Below are positions 26,701 to 37,471 of a DNA stretch of 64,000 nt, in pieces. The stretch's first letter is position 1; every line of letters starts with the position of its first letter. The stretch is from Haliotis cracherodii (Eukaryota), in the NCBI RefSeq assembly GCF_022045235.1, contig NW_027266275.1:28024001-28088000 (forward strand), written 5' to 3'. Under the pieces are notes generated by a model. The model was not told the origin of the DNA. It did not search any database and saw nothing but the letters and a program-made list of their open reading frames with translations. The position numbers and the translations under genes were made by a program.

Positions 26701-28425
26701 CTAGTGGCTCAGGGAGCATCAAGATGAGGTGAATAGTATCGGACTAAAAATATCAAAGAGCACTGTTTGTTTTTATGTGCTGCTTGTTGGTATTTCTGTC
26801 AATGTTACAGACAGTTATGGTTTTTATATCAAATCAAACATACCAAATGTATTACAAAACAGAAAAATCTTATTAGGAAAAGATATTAGGAAGTTCTCAC
26901 AGGAAGGTTTTTTTTGGAAATTTTAGGCAGCATACGTTATCCAGTCTGCCCTCCGAGGACATCATCAACGGCGACAGAAGCTGAAGCGATATCAAGATGA
27001 TGATTATGACGATGAGGAGGAGGCAGACTACAGCACAGGAAGTGATGATGCTGTCTATTTGATTCAGTCTTCCTTGAAGGGCCATTCAGCTCGCCGACAG
27101 AGAATGATGAAAATGAGGTAAAACAGCATCCTCGATTGTCTTGTGTTATATTTCCATTCTATCATGGATACAATATCTAATATGATATGTATTCAGTCAT
27201 GAGGCAAGTGTATTGTGATGCTTATCATGTTTTCAGCATAGGGCTAAGGGACCATGCATTGTTTCTTTCTAGGGGATGTTTATCCTGTCATGAGGCAAGT
27301 GTATTGTGATGCTCCTAGCGTTTTCAGCACATTGCCTAAGGGACCATTCATTGTATCTGTTTAAGGGATATGTATCCTCTCATAAGGCAAGTGTATTGTG
27401 ATGCTCCTAGCGTTTTCATCACATTGGCTAAGGGACCATTCATTGTATCTGTTTAGGGTATATGTATCCTGTCATGAGGCAAGTGTATTGTGATGCTCCT
27501 AGCGTTTTCAGCACATTGGCTAAGGGACCATTGATTGTATCTGTTTAGGGGATATGTATCCTGTCATAAGGCAAGTGTATAAGGCAAGTGTGAACCCTCA
27601 TATCATGATTTCCTTGTTTTAGACTGGATTCAACAGGGGATGAGGATTATGATGATGAAGGTCCCCGTGGTCACACTGGCCAGAGGTACTCAGGTTCTCG
27701 GCGACCGTCATCGGGTATGAAACTTTCTTCTTTTTTTATGATGATAACACGTGGTATGAAATATACCATATATATAGCTGAATTTTGAGATACATTAATA
27801 GTAAACGTGGTAAAGACAGAATGTGACTTTAAGATCCTGTTTGTAAATATGCTTTTGGTCTTTCAGCTCATTCTCGGGGAAGTTCGGTAAAGGTAAGCAA
27901 GACCAGTTCATCATGGTTCATCTCTCTTAACTATTCTACAAAGTCTTTTTAGAAACTTCTTTGTGGAAATAGGTCTTCAGCAACCCATTAATGTCGTAAG
28001 AGGCAATTAATGCGATCGGGTGGTCAGGCTTGTTGACTTGATTGAAGCATGTCATCATATCCCAATTGCATGGATCAATGCTCATGATGTTAATCACTTG
28101 ATTGTCTGGCGCAGACTTGATTATTTACAGACCACTGTCATATAGCTGGAATATTGCTGAGTGCTGCGTTAAACAAAAAACCCAAAACCAAACATATCTA
28201 ACAAAATTATTTCGCCCGTCACCAATTGCAATCTGACTTCCACAATAGTAAAAATTTTGGTATTAATTTGCTCATTAGTGACGAGAAGAACAAACTAACA
28301 AACTAACAAACAAATCAAGCAGAAGTACAGGATTACAATGTTTCTTATTATTACAGAAAACGTACGCCACATACCCCAGCTCACGTCAAGCAAGTATGGA
28401 CGATGATGATGACATCATAACCTGA
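3730..28425 (+). CDS. IQCE: IQ domain-containing protein E, 24 predicted coding exons, ~687 aa
   Basis: Phase-consistent GT-AG exons: 3730-3747, 8575-8628, 9898-9931, 10210-10248, 10710-10781, 11451-11540, 12837-12980, 13289-13362, 13592-13669, 13857-13892, 14126-14247, 14728-14847, 16178-16332, 18228-18286, 18684-18765, 19614-19746, 20491-20556, 20917-21037, 21379-21471, 24310-24405, 26927-27117, 27623-27714, 27867-27892, 28357-28425(TGA). GTPAYKSPEEYYDDILDLKK, MKAKVRRLEEDNIKKEKEIDGLL, KPDTGAVIHSLKQKILKLE and LKTTRVEEMKIQME match the IQCE coiled-coil core. IQ motifs IQSALRGH and IQSSLKGH and the C-terminal DDDDDII are present. The 5'-most exons are least certain, and an exon could lie in the N gap. 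Confidence 0.9.
4259..4637. mobile_element. Tc1/mariner-type MITE (CCGTATT termini); second copy at 56451-56773
   Basis: TIRs ccgtatttgacataataag / cttattacattgaatatgg after TA. The interior matches 56451-56773 in reverse orientation. Confidence 0.8.
4981..5207. mobile_element. hAT-like MITE (CAGTGTT...AACACTG termini)
   Basis: TIR cagtgtttgaaata / tattttgaacactg; the end resembles that of the element at 40643-41838. Confidence 0.65.
5672..5724. repeat. (TA)n microsatellite at a SINE tail
   Basis: About 26 TA units directly abutting the SINE 3' end. Confidence 0.95.
5725..5948 (-). mobile_element. SINE family A (non-tRNA head GACCCGTGAAGATCCGGG...)
   Basis: Reverse complement matches the full copy at 54292-54570. 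Confidence 0.85.
7218..7340 (+). mobile_element. SINE family C (tRNA-Leu-like head), 5' fragment
   Basis: Similar to 60976-61100; B-box gggttcgaatccc. Confidence 0.7.
7894..8072. mobile_element. pogo/Tigger-like MITE
   Basis: TA|CAGTAAAC...GTTTACTG|TA, with internal gttcgttata subterminal repeats. Confidence 0.7.
8652..9065. mobile_element. MITE with 15-bp TIR CAGAGCTCCAGATAA; second copy 23434-23835
   Basis: Perfect TIRs; two ~400-bp homologous copies in the window. Confidence 0.85.
9193..9815 (+). mobile_element. Two tandem tRNA-derived SINEs, family D (other copies ~56965-57205, ~58343-58570)
   Basis: Heads ctccatggtctagtgg with B-box ggttcgatccc; shared core ...gttaccctgtctggcgct...aaaacaaggact...atctcagtgggctagca; tail gttaaaccccatttca. 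Confidence 0.75.
10831..11048. other. Assembly gap (218 N) in an IQCE intron
   Basis: Run of N. Confidence 1.
11692..12048. mobile_element. Two family-A SINEs fused tail-to-tail (inverted pair)
   Basis: A + copy at 11692-11872 abuts a - copy at 11873-12048; both lack tails. Confidence 0.85.
12627..12771 (-). mobile_element. SINE family B (short tRNA-derived, (CTCA)n tail) with 13-bp TSD
   Basis: TSD aaatccaagtgag at 12614-12626 and 12772-12784; matches 54938-55100. Confidence 0.88.
14229..14600 (+). repeat. 52-bp minisatellite spanning an IQCE exon end, carrying splice donors and X-box motifs
   Basis: Unit acaaggaagcctcatatgt|gtaagtgatgatatacagcgtgttgtcatggca; gtaagt at 14248, 14300, 14350 and 14402. 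Confidence 0.9.
15033..15885. repeat. ~40-43-bp minisatellite (~20 copies)
   Basis: Unit gtaaggccactgactgatgtttgtatgtgacctccattgt. Confidence 0.95.
16326..18008 (+). repeat. 27-28-bp minisatellite (~60 copies), each unit containing the IQCE 5' splice site
   Basis: Unit ggcagac|gtaagtactgggggcacattg. The first unit overlaps the end of exon 16178-16332. Explains the minus-strand Cys/Pro-rich ORFs. Confidence 0.97.
18791..18897. mobile_element. PIF/Harbinger-like ~107-bp MITE with CTG TSD (relatives ~25345-25456, ~25514-25625, ~30300-30411, ~42321-42432, ~57774-57976)
   Basis: 27-bp perfect TIR GGCCCCGTTCCACAAAGCGATCGTAGC flanked by ctg/ctg. Confidence 0.85.
19105..19537. mobile_element. Degenerate hAT-like MITE with (atcgcgat) subterminal motifs
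   Basis: Ends ggtgtaacgat... / ...ttctacacctct; gtatcgcgatac motifs near both ends. Confidence 0.5.
20599..20815 (+). mobile_element. SINE family C, 5'-truncated, with 14-bp TSD
   Basis: TSD ctcgtctc(a/c)tggtt at 20585-20598 and 20816-20829; near-identical to 61040-61254. Confidence 0.88.
22360..23183. repeat. 39-bp G-rich minisatellite (~21 copies)
   Basis: Unit gagatgggttgggtcaagattgaggtcagagcaataagg; an internal ~193-bp block is duplicated. Confidence 0.95.
23434..23835. mobile_element. MITE (CAGAGCT..AGCTCTG) with apparent 6-bp TSD
   Basis: tattct at 23428-23433 and 23836-23841; homologous to 8652-9065. Confidence 0.85.
27190..27592. repeat. 92-bp tandem repeat (~4.3 copies)
   Basis: tcat(g/a)aggcaagtgtat recurs at 27197, 27288, 27380, 27472 and 27564. 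Confidence 0.93.
27967..28192 (+). mobile_element. SINE family A, slightly 5'-truncated
   Basis: Matches 54310-54570. Confidence 0.85.
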
Positions 28426-28625
28426 GGGAGGATCGATCTCTCTAGGGGCAGGGGTACGGTGCTGTGACCCTCCCCCATCACACAGTGCCTGTCGCTCTCA
28501 TCAATTCATACATACACACTGTGATATCTCACAATTCTAGATTGTCTAAGGACGGCCTACCTTGGGCTGCACATTTTGCTCAGTAGCTGTTGTCTGACAT
28601 GTATTACTTTTGTAAATCAGTTTAT

Positions 28626-28631
28626 AATAAA
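28626..28631 (+). terminator. Candidate IQCE polyadenylation signal
   Basis: AATAAA 200 nt after the stop codon. Confidence 0.45.
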
Positions 28632-29629
28632 CATTGCTTAGTAGGATCCTGTCATTGACCAGAATCAGTGTCTTCGATAAATCATGTTTTAGTGTAAATA
28701 CCTGTACAGTAGAATTACACTGCATATGTGTATGAAGTATTGATAATTTGTATGTAGGAATAACACTTCAGTTTGGAGGATGCTGGAGTCTGCATCATGC
28801 TTTTGTTTGAATTTTGCTGCATATGAATAATGTCAGAATTAAGCTATAGTGGGGTCTGTGTTCTGTGCTAAGCTTGTAAACCTCACGGAGCAATGTGTTT
28901 CCGGTAACCTGGACCTCCCAAAAGATAGGGGTCACTAGGTAGGGCTCATTTTTTCATTTGATTTTCTTTTTACAATGTTAACACAGATGGCTTGTAAAGG
29001 ACTTGTGTTGGTTGCAATGTTTCTCAAATTTGTACATCAAAATATCTACAGCAATGATAATGTGTAGAAACTCCTGATATTAAATATGGTTTTCTTGACA
29101 ACCGTTTCTAGCTGTGTTTAAAAGAAATTCGAATCTCTAGTGAAATGGCAGGTCGGTTATCTGAAACACAAGTTTGTTTTAAGGCTGAATCATGAAGTAT
29201 GGATCATGGTAACCTGCCATTGTTGAATTAACTCAGCACCATTCAGTCACGGCAGCTGTCTGGCAGACATTAGTTACCCTATGTGGTGGGAATGTAGGAT
29301 TGATGTAGGGAGGCATCTCTGTTTCGTATTTCGATGTATACCAGAGATGCCTGTGTTGGTGCTGCATGTTTTACTCCTATCATCTAGTTCCACCATGTTG
29401 TAAGTTCTTTCATTTGTATTATAGGCATTTGCTTACATGTGTATGATTTACACATATACAAAATAAGACGTGAGTATGTTCATTATGTAAACACAAATTC
29501 TCTCCGGAGTTGTTTTGCATATGGTGCAAATTTTTACCTGGTTGGACGAGATGCAGAAGTATTCTTACATATATTCAATTTTACACCAAGAGTATCGGTA
29601 ACTTGTTTATTGACCCTGAGTGTCTCTTT

Positions 29630-29900
29630 GACTAGTCAAGATCCGGGGTAGAACAGGTCTTCAGCAACCCATTCTTGACGTAAAAGGCGACTATGCTTGT
29701 CGTAAAAGGCGACTAATGGGATCGGGTGGTCAGGCACGCAGACTTGGTTGATGCATGCCATGATCCCAGTTGTGTGGATCGATGCTCATGATGTCAATCA
29801 CTGGATTGTCTGTTCCAGACTTGATTATTTACAGACTGCCGTCATATAGCTCCAATATTGCTGAGTGTGGCGTTCAACAACAAACAAACAAAACAAAAAA
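29630..29900 (+). mobile_element. SINE family A, full length, double-hairpin subfamily
   Basis: Head ...gatccggggtagaacaggtcttcagc, duplicated cttgNcgtaaaaggcgact module, (AAAC)n tail. Confidence 0.88.
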
Positions 29901-30702
29901 CTTGGACTCGTCTCCTGTGGCTTTAAGTTATCTTCTAGCCCTGAACATTATAACTGAAAGGTAGGCTTGGTCATTCAGAATTACTCTTTCCATTCAGCAT
30001 TGGTGAATGTACCCACGACTAATCATTACCTCAAATCAGATGTCTGCTCTTTTTGTCCAGATAGTCCTCTCCCATGTTTGTCCACATACGAGGCCAAAAC
30101 AGAGTGTCGACTCATTGTAACAATTATATTTATATGTAAAATTGCATATATGTAAATTATGCACATGTAAGCAAATATGAGCATGTAAATGAGGTTTGCA
30201 CTTCTTTCAAATGTATTATTTACAGTTTTTATTATGTGTACCACATGTCATGATGTGAATTGATGGATAACCAAACAGATTACTGTCTTGATTTGTACAC
30301 CAGTGCCATTGTACAAAACAACCTTAGTGCTACGACTGTCGTAAGTCTATGTTAAGGTATGGGCATTATGATCACCTGAGCGGTAAGATCGCTTTGTACA
30401 ACGGCACCCTGATATGTAATGAGATGCAATAGTGTTCTTACGTCCATGGTAATTATCCAGTAAACATGATCAGAGGCAGAACCATGGACAAGTGACCAGC
30501 TTGTCACCGTATTGATATTATAAATTTGTATATTTTTATTTGTAATCTACATTGTTTACAAGAGCAACTCTGACTTGGCTGTTTTTAAAGATGTTGAAAT
30601 AGGTGTGCATTTTATGATAACTAATTGGGTAGGGTTAATCTAGAATGTGATTATACACGCACGTAAACAGGACTGTAACAAGCCACTGTGCACTGAGGAA
30701 TC

Positions 30703-30835
30703 GGGCGGTGGGGTAGCCTAATGGTTAATGCGTTTGCTTGTCATACCAAAGGCCCAGGTTTGATTCTCCACGTGAGTACCATGTCTGAAGCCCATTTCTG
30801 GTGTCCCCCACCATAATATTACTGGAATATTGCTT
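30703..30835 (+). mobile_element. SINE family B with 11-bp TSD (duplicate at 42724-42856)
   Basis: TSD actgaggaatc at 30692-30702 and 30836-30846; tRNA A/B boxes. Confidence 0.85.
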
Positions 30836-32451
30836 ACTGAGGAATCACTACGTTATGAGTTGAAGTACTGTATAATGAGGTTATGTATGGGTTTTGAGTA
30901 GATTAAAATTTAACATTGCATTATCAATATTTCAGCCATATCGACATGTGGTATGACATGAATCATGCAGGAGATATATTTTTCTGGCAGTAAGGTTCTC
31001 AAACCATTGTTAGTTTATATAATTGATAAAGTGTATCTGGTACTCAATATGTTTTCCTGGACACACTATTCACCTGTTGATGATTGAATACAGCTGGATT
31101 ATGCGAGCACTTTTCATGCAGCATACCTTCAATCATATCACAACCTTCCTGTGTTGATGCATGTCATAATGTGACAGTGTATTGTTACAGTGCTGTACAA
31201 CAAATACGTCATCTCACATTCCACGAGTCTGTCATTCAGACCTATTCTAGTTCAGTAGTTGCATAGCTTTTAGAACTGATTTACTGACACAATGTCTTGA
31301 TTTTACATGGTGGATTCTGAACTTCTTATATTTTCCCTATTTTTTATGTATTTACACCACTATGGTGCGTTATGTCCATTGTTTATTGGTGGGGTGTTAT
31401 TTTTTGTAACAACCCTGCACATGGAATTGCAGAGACTGGGGACTGGGCCTCAGTTCATGATGTCGTGTAGAGCACTTCGCTTCTAGGCCCATATGGTGTA
31501 TGTGCTTTTGGCTCACTCTTGAAGAGGGCAATAACCTATACATATCCAGCTTGAGGCTGACTGCTCGGTGTTCAGGGCATGACAGTGGAATAGAAGCAGA
31601 CAATATAAAGGAAATTATGTCATCCACAAAGTTGGGACATCCTCAACCTGAAACTGTAATTTATGAAATATCCTTGGTGTCAGTTTCTTGGACTTCCTAT
31701 TAGTATTACCTGGTAGTATCTGAAGCCAGTCAGATGAAGAATCCGTCCATATGTATTAATTTATTTCAAATTGATGAATAGTATTTATTCTCTACTCTTC
31801 GTTGGATTTCTGTACTCCCATTTTGTTGAGAAATTCTGTGATCTTTAATAAATGTTACATAAATTAGCCTTTTGTGTTCTTCTCTTCATTGTGGAGTATC
31901 CCTTCACCTCAACAGTGCCCACTGACAATATTTCAAAAGGATATCTTTCAAGTCTTTTGAAAAGATCATCAACAATGTCTTGACAGTAAATATGATTTAA
32001 TTCATTATCAGAGATTGCATTATGTCCATCTTTTGGCTTATGTACACGGTATTCTTTGTGAAACATCATGTGAAGAACAATGCCATCAACTGTTGGAAGA
32101 CCAGTCATCCATTTTACTGTATACTTACTTTAAATTATTCAACAATAAAATTCAATGAAATAGTTTGTTTTCTTAAACATGATGACATGGATCAAAGGAT
32201 AGTTACAACAGTTTCTTCTGGCAACGTGTGGCAATTTAGGTATACCTAAATATACCAAGATATCACCTCTGAACTGTCCAGATATCCTCATTTTTGGCAT
32301 ATTTGACATCAGCAGTGTGATGCAGACAAAACCAAGTTATGCTGTTTCAGTGAACAGAACACTGGCACCTCACATAACTGCACTGTAGTAAATTGGCATA
32401 GTCTTGTTTCCTGTACCATCTCAAAGCACACATGAACAGATCAAAAACCTG

Positions 32452-35400
32452 TCATGTCCCCACCCCAACACCATCTGCTCCCTCTTCATCCAACAGACCA
32501 AAGGATTTGTACACCTTGTGCTGGCGAGAATTCCGGAGCTTTTTCAAATCATCTGCATACTGTTGTTCTCGCACCAGCTGTCTGCGTTGCTCCTCGAGTT
32601 CGGCCTTGTGTTGGTGCAGCGCCCGGGTCGTCTGTATCAGCCCCAGCAGTTTTCGCCTTAACTGCCGGTTCTCCGTCTTGATCTGGTTTGTGTGTTCCGT
32701 CAGACATTGAGTTGCCTCCTAGAGAAATGAACAAGGAGAAATCATTGACCAAGGTGTTGGACCAGAGCATGCATCTTCAGACACACATAGCTTTACATTA
32801 AAATATATAAATTGAAAAACTGGACACAAATAATATCCAAAGCAAGTTTGGACCAAAAGAGTATGTCTGTTTGAATCATTTAGACTTATTCAATTGTAGC
32901 ATGCAAATAAAGGTCATTTGACAATACCATTCAGATAACAGAATTACTATCAGGAGATCAAAAGATCATCTTCACTCAATCACTGTTTTGTTTTGAACAA
33001 GGAAACCAGTACTTAGACCTCAAGTAGGTCACAGTGGTCAACATGTAACTCCCTAACTCACAGATAGACCACTGTATTGTAATATGCATTGATCTATGGT
33101 TACATTCCACTCTTCCCCGTAAAGATCTGGGTCGGAATAGGTCTTCAGCAACCCAAGCTTGCTGTAAAAGGTGACTGTTTGTCAAGCTCGCTGACTTGGT
33201 TGACTCATGTCATCGTATCCCAATTGCGTGGGTAGATGCTCATGATATCAATCACTTGATCGTCTGATCCAGACTCGAGCAGCGTTTAACCACAAACATA
33301 AAAACATCCCACCCTTACCTTGTTAGCCTTTTTCTCAAGGGTTGTTATCCGAGTTTCGGAGTCCTGCTGGAAGTCATGTTTCTCAGTGAGAAAATTTGAC
33401 TTGAGTTGCTGCATTGTCTCGGAATGCTTGGCACGCATCTTCATCACTTCCTTCTCCAGGTTGCGGATCTTGGTGAGCTGCTCTGTCTGGAGGTCCTGTG
33501 TACACCGATAGAGAGGACATGGTCACTGAATGTGCAGAGGTGTGGGCAACAAGTTGAACTCTTGGATAGGAACAAACTAACTGTAGATCAAACTGCTATT
33601 TCCATAGTTTCAACAATGGTATATCAACTCTTCATACATGTCATAGTTAACCACATGACTTGAATAAATGTATAGTTTATTCCTCCAGTAATACACACGA
33701 GTCAGTGTTCAACACACTTTGAATATAGCTGGTGAGTGACGCAGCCAGTTATACTCTCAAACCCCTGAGTCTGCACAGGATAGTCTCGAACCAATTGTTC
33801 TGGCTTGATACATGACACTTTTTCAGGTAACAAGGTATCTCATTTGATCTGTAACTATTCATACATTAAGACCATGCTATCAGACATGACACATCAAGAA
33901 GTTTGTCATCAAACCTCATTTTTGACATTTTAATCTCAGTGTTTGTTTTGCATAAAGCTGACCTTGTATTCCTGAAGGTCACTCAGCTCCTGCTTTGTCT
34001 TGGTTAGCATATGCTGCTTCTCCAGCCGCACATTCTCCAGGGCTGGACAACAGAAGACACAATATCAGCAACGGAAAACACACAGTGGATATACCAACAT
34101 CAGAACACAGTGGATATATCAGCAACAGAAGATGCACAGTGGATATACCAACAACAGAACACAGTGGATATATCAGCAACAGAACACAGTGGATAACAAC
34201 AACAGAACACAGTGGATATATCAGCAACAGAACACAGTGGATATACCAACAACAGAACACAGTGGATATACCAACAACAGAACACAGTGGATATACCAAC
34301 AACAGAACACAGTTGATATATCAGCAACAGAACACAGTGGATATATCAGCAACAGAACATAGTGGATATACCAACAACAGAACACAGTGGATATACCAAC
34401 AACAGAACACAGTGGATATATCAGCAACAGAACACAGTGGATAACAACAGAAGACACACAGTGGATATACCAACAACAGAACACAGTGGATATACCAACA
34501 ACAGAATACAGTGGATATACCAACAACAGAACACAGTGGATATATCAGCAACAGAACATAGTGGATATACCAACAACAGAACACAGTGGATATACCAACA
34601 ACAGAACACAGTTGATATACCAACAACAGAACAAAGTGGATATACCAACAACAGAACACAGTGGGTATATCAGAAACAGAACACAGTGGGTATATCAGCA
34701 ACAGAACACAGGGCATAACAACAACAGAAGACACAGTGGATATGAATAACAGGAGATGCACAGTGGATATCAACAGAAGACACAGTGGATATCAGCAATA
34801 GGACAAACACTGGATTTCATCAAAAGGAGAAACACTGGATATCAACAACAGAAAACACAGGGGATATCAACAACAGAAGACACAGGGGATATCAACAACA
34901 TGATACAGTGGATATCAGCAACAGAAAACACAAGGGATATCAAAAATAAAAGTGAGGGAAGTAATATACTCTAGATTCTCAGACACTGGTGCATCACAAA
35001 GTATTCCCAAATATCCATACTTGTACAAAAGATATTCCCTTTAGAGAAACAAATAATCTGCTGACCTACAGCTCTCCTAGAAATACATGGGAAACATGGG
35101 AGCTTACAGATCTTTCTAAGGGAGCTTCATGCCTATGACATGTGACACATACTCAGTCCAGTAGTAGTATATATTCTAATTAAATATATAACATCTAAAT
35201 GAAGGGACAACAAAAAATATGAATCTTTATTATAATTCCTTTAGGAAGACATCCCCTTTAAGCCTTGTTCATGAGTCCCAAGACTCAACTTCAATGGCAA
35301 TGTAATCATTGTCTGATTTTGTTCATCTAAATACTATGTTTGATATCATCAAGAGGAAACCGAATCCGAAAAATATCAACATGACTTAGCCTAGATGGCA

Positions 35401-36723
35401 ACTTTATGACTTTTAGCAACCAAGGTCCCTCTGTCCATCTTAAGATCTTCTTGCTAACCTTTCTTTTTCTCATCGAACTCCTCCTCCATGAGCTGTTTCT
35501 GCATCTGAATGTTGCGTATCTCCTGCTTGTTGTGGTCACTCAGTGTGATGATCGCAGTCTGACGCTTGCTGGTCTTCTTCTCCATGTAACTCATGTACTC
35601 ATGCTGGAAGATACACCCACATCACAACATATCCAGACACAGTCAAACAAATGTGTACAGCATAATACAATCAAAAATGTCAAAAGAAGGAAAGACGGTC
35701 ACAATCATGGATGGGTTAAACATACACAGCTGAGGCTTTAATTCCTTCCTGCTAACCTTTCATACCAATTAAAGCAACTTTCTTGAACGGCAAGAAAACA
35801 ATGCAATAAAACGGCTAAAACATGCACAATCTGGAATATGGGCTAATTTGTGAACGTGTCACACATTGATTCTCTCCATTTAGTTACTGACCAAATTCTA
35901 CCTGAACTTCTGTTCTGTCATTGTCATGTTTACAGTTACAAGTGGAAGCAATGACAATTGCAGCCACCCATTGGGAGTTGACTGCAGCAAACCCACAAAG
36001 GTAGACTTCTCTGTACTACAGGAACTATAAGACTAAAGAAATGTAAACGTGTCTCAGTACTTACACTCTCCACTCGCACTTTGTGAGCCTCCTGCTGCAA
36101 CCAGTCATTCTCTTCCCGTCTGAGAGTGGGAGTTAAGTTTACAAAACACATATGTTACTTTTATAACCGAATCAACTCACTATAAATTTGCAATGATCTA
36201 TGGGGGTGGGGTGGGGGTTTGGGGTGGGGGTGGGGCGGGGAGATATGACAAAAGTATGTGATGCTAACAAAATGAAGATCTTACAGTATGCTAACATTAA
36301 TGATTTGACTTGAGCATACATCAGATAATTTATGCTAGCATACTGTAAGATCTTCATTTTGTTAGCATTACATAGTAACTTACGAAAATAACAACAAAGC
36401 TTTATTACTAATTCAGATCGGTTCATTTCTAGGACAGTGACTCAATGTCACCCAAAATATCAGGAAGATTTTGTATATATTTGCTATTGACACACAAGAA
36501 TCTCCTGGCAAAATTATAATGTCATGAAAATGTCCTCATGCCATTTTCTTCTACGAAAATCACTGTAATGAGTATGAAGATATGTGGCAAAACATGTGTC
36601 CCACAGCTCACTCAAGGACGGACTGACAATGACATGTAAAAGGTATACCTCTGGAGAACAGGTAACACATGGATAAGTTGTGTGGGATGAGTGGGAATAG
36701 GGATGGAAAGAGCCAGGCTACAC

Positions 36724-36769
<46 letters not shown>

Positions 36770-37233
36770 CCCTCTTTTTTAAAGGATACAAATCTTCAAC
36801 CTTTTTCTTTGAATTTTCAAGTTCTTCTGTGACCTTCACCAACCTACAAATAAACATAAAAAGAAATGTTAGTTTTGTAGTGCTTAGTGTCAATGTTTAT
36901 ATAAAAATTTAAAAAAACATCATTTACATCTTTTATTTTTGTGCCATCATTATCAAGAATTATCAATCTCTGAAATACCGTAGACCTGTAAGCCTATGAC
37001 TTCAGCATGCCTAAAAATTTAGGCTAGCCTAGGCCAATTAAGTTTCTCTGGATAGAATCTATCGTGTATATATATCAGTATATAAAAACTTACTCTTGCT
37101 GCAGCAATATCTCTTTCTCGGTTGGTTCTGGTGTTTTTGGTCTCTCGATTTCATTTGATGCATCATCTTTTCCCTTTCCGCCTTTCTTTCCCTTTTTACC
37201 ATTTTTACCCTTCCCTTTCTTCTTTGGTGGCAT
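32452..37233 (-). CDS. CCDC166: Coiled-coil domain-containing protein 166-like (DUF4515 family), copy 1, 7 exons, 305 aa
   Basis: Exons 37233-37094, 36843-36790, 36119-36065, 35603-35459, 34042-33963, 33495-33319, 32718-32452(TGA), all GT-AG and in phase. MPPKKK..., LREENDWLQQEAHKVRVESHEYMSYMEKK..AIITLSDHN, LQEYKDLQTEQLTKIRNLEKE and EHTNQIKTENRQLR match remembered CCDC166 motifs. Paralogue assignment versus CCDC121 is less certain. Confidence 0.83.
33115..33300 (+). mobile_element. SINE family A, internally deleted (duplicate 45136-45321)
   Basis: Head ccccgtaaagatctgggtcggaataggtcttcagcaaccc. Confidence 0.8.
34045..34950. repeat. 25-bp minisatellite abutting a CCDC166 acceptor (duplicate 46066-46971)
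   Basis: Unit aacagaacacagtggatataccaac; explains the many repetitive ORFs here. Confidence 0.95.
36724..36767. repeat. (AAT)n microsatellite (duplicate 48745-48788)
   Basis: About 14 AAT units, same length in both copies. Confidence 0.95.
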
Positions 37234-37471
37234 CTTTGTAAAGTCGCTGAACGATCTCGTATAGGCGTTGCCTGGCAACGAATAATAGCTTCGTTTGAAT
37301 TATTTGTTTCGTATGAAAGGAACAAATGTTTTTGTTCTTCAGAAACATATTTGTCCGTTTTTAATTAGCAAAAATGTATATCAACATTTATAATGTCATG
37401 TCAGTTGGAAGCGAGAATTGATAAATGTTTTGAATGTTGAATACGCAACTTTACAGCAGAGCTGATTAAAA
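37234..37471. promoter_or_regulatory. Bidirectional promoter CCDC166-like/LSM11 with palindromic RFX X-box (duplicate 49255-49492)
   Basis: Divergent ATGs 238 bp apart; GTTGCCTGGCAAC at 37267-37279. Confidence 0.75.

Noticed and set aside
33979-34974. Stack of Gln/Asn- and Cys-rich ORFs (also 46000-46995)
   Set aside because: A 25-bp minisatellite; only 33963-34042 is a real exon.
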